64,000 bases of DNA from Euryarchaeota archaeon UBA52 (GTDB lineage: Archaea > Thermoplasmatota > Poseidoniia > Poseidoniales > Thalassarchaeaceae): assembly GCA_002505455.1 (NCBI GenBank), contig DAVB01000055.1:11710-75709 (forward strand). Direction: 5' to 3'. The notes under the pieces are model-generated. The model searched no databases. It was not told the DNA's origin and saw nothing but the letters and a program-made list of their open reading frames with translations. A program made the position numbers and the translations under genes. Positions within the stretch are counted from its first letter, which is position 1; each line of letters opens with the position of its first letter. This document shows positions 63,956-64,000 of this stretch, piece by piece.

Positions 63956-64000
63956 TACAATATGGCCTCCCCCAGATTGACGATAAACGACGTCTGCAGT

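Noticed and set aside
1-64000. CRISPR arrays, IS elements, integrases, prophage or restriction-modification genes
   Set aside because: No direct-repeat/spacer periodicity, transposase (DDE), integrase, capsid/terminase or methyltransferase motifs were seen in any frame. All intergenic gaps are under 160 bp.

Overview
This is a gene-dense (>90% coding) archaeal chromosomal segment with no CRISPR array, IS element or integrase. The archaeal assignment rests on MC1 chromatin protein, Hjc resolvase, Cdc48, aIF-1A, a Rio1/KH pair, an Lhr helicase, and an 11-subunit Nuo/Fpo-type complex (nuoABCDHIJ1J2KLMN, no nuoEFG, nuoJ split, nuoC and nuoD unfused). GC content is about 50%. Proteins are markedly acidic and several carry long acidic C-terminal tails, which suggests a marine or halophilic euryarchaeon.

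Recognisable content, in order:
- a DUF58 / two-TM ectodomain protein / PRC-barrel / Cdc48 co-directional run at the window start
- aldehyde dehydrogenase
- a large RCC1 beta-propeller surface protein with tandem Cys-containing repeats and a PGF-CTERM (archaeosortase) signal
- tRNA-Gly(CCC)
- a succinate dehydrogenase cluster (membrane anchors, sdhA, sdhB)
- MC1
- a RAM-domain-only protein, a macro-domain protein, a RuvX-like nuclease-fold protein and Hjc
- an S2P protease, a type I signal peptidase and a membrane protein
- Lhr helicase, a nucleotide-kinase-like protein, dCMP deaminase, FolC
- a presenilin/SPP-like intramembrane protease
- SerRS
- a membrane-anchored BNR/Asp-box protein
- an orphan Vsr endonuclease
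- a leucine-catabolism cluster (BCCP, biotin carboxylase, MBL-fold protein, methylglutaconyl-CoA hydratase, MccB-like carboxyltransferase)
- M29 aminopeptidase
- a KH(Dim2-like) / Rio1 / membrane protein / aIF-1A neighbourhood
- a DUF454 protein and ferrochelatase
- the nuo operon, with a His-rich insertion in NuoL and an expanded NuoI
- two giant cell-surface proteins immediately upstream of nuoA, an 893-aa acidic protein and a 1458-aa TM-anchored S8 subtilase.

The most interesting candidates are listed here.
- The RCC1 / Cys-repeat / PGF-CTERM surface protein.
- The Cdc48 / PRC-barrel / DUF4350-like / DUF58 run, which has no visible MoxR partner.
- The orphan Vsr.
- The NuoL His-cluster and expanded NuoI.
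- The tandem giant surface proteins adjacent to the respiratory operon.

All calls rest on reading the supplied translations for family-specific motifs. No database searches were run.
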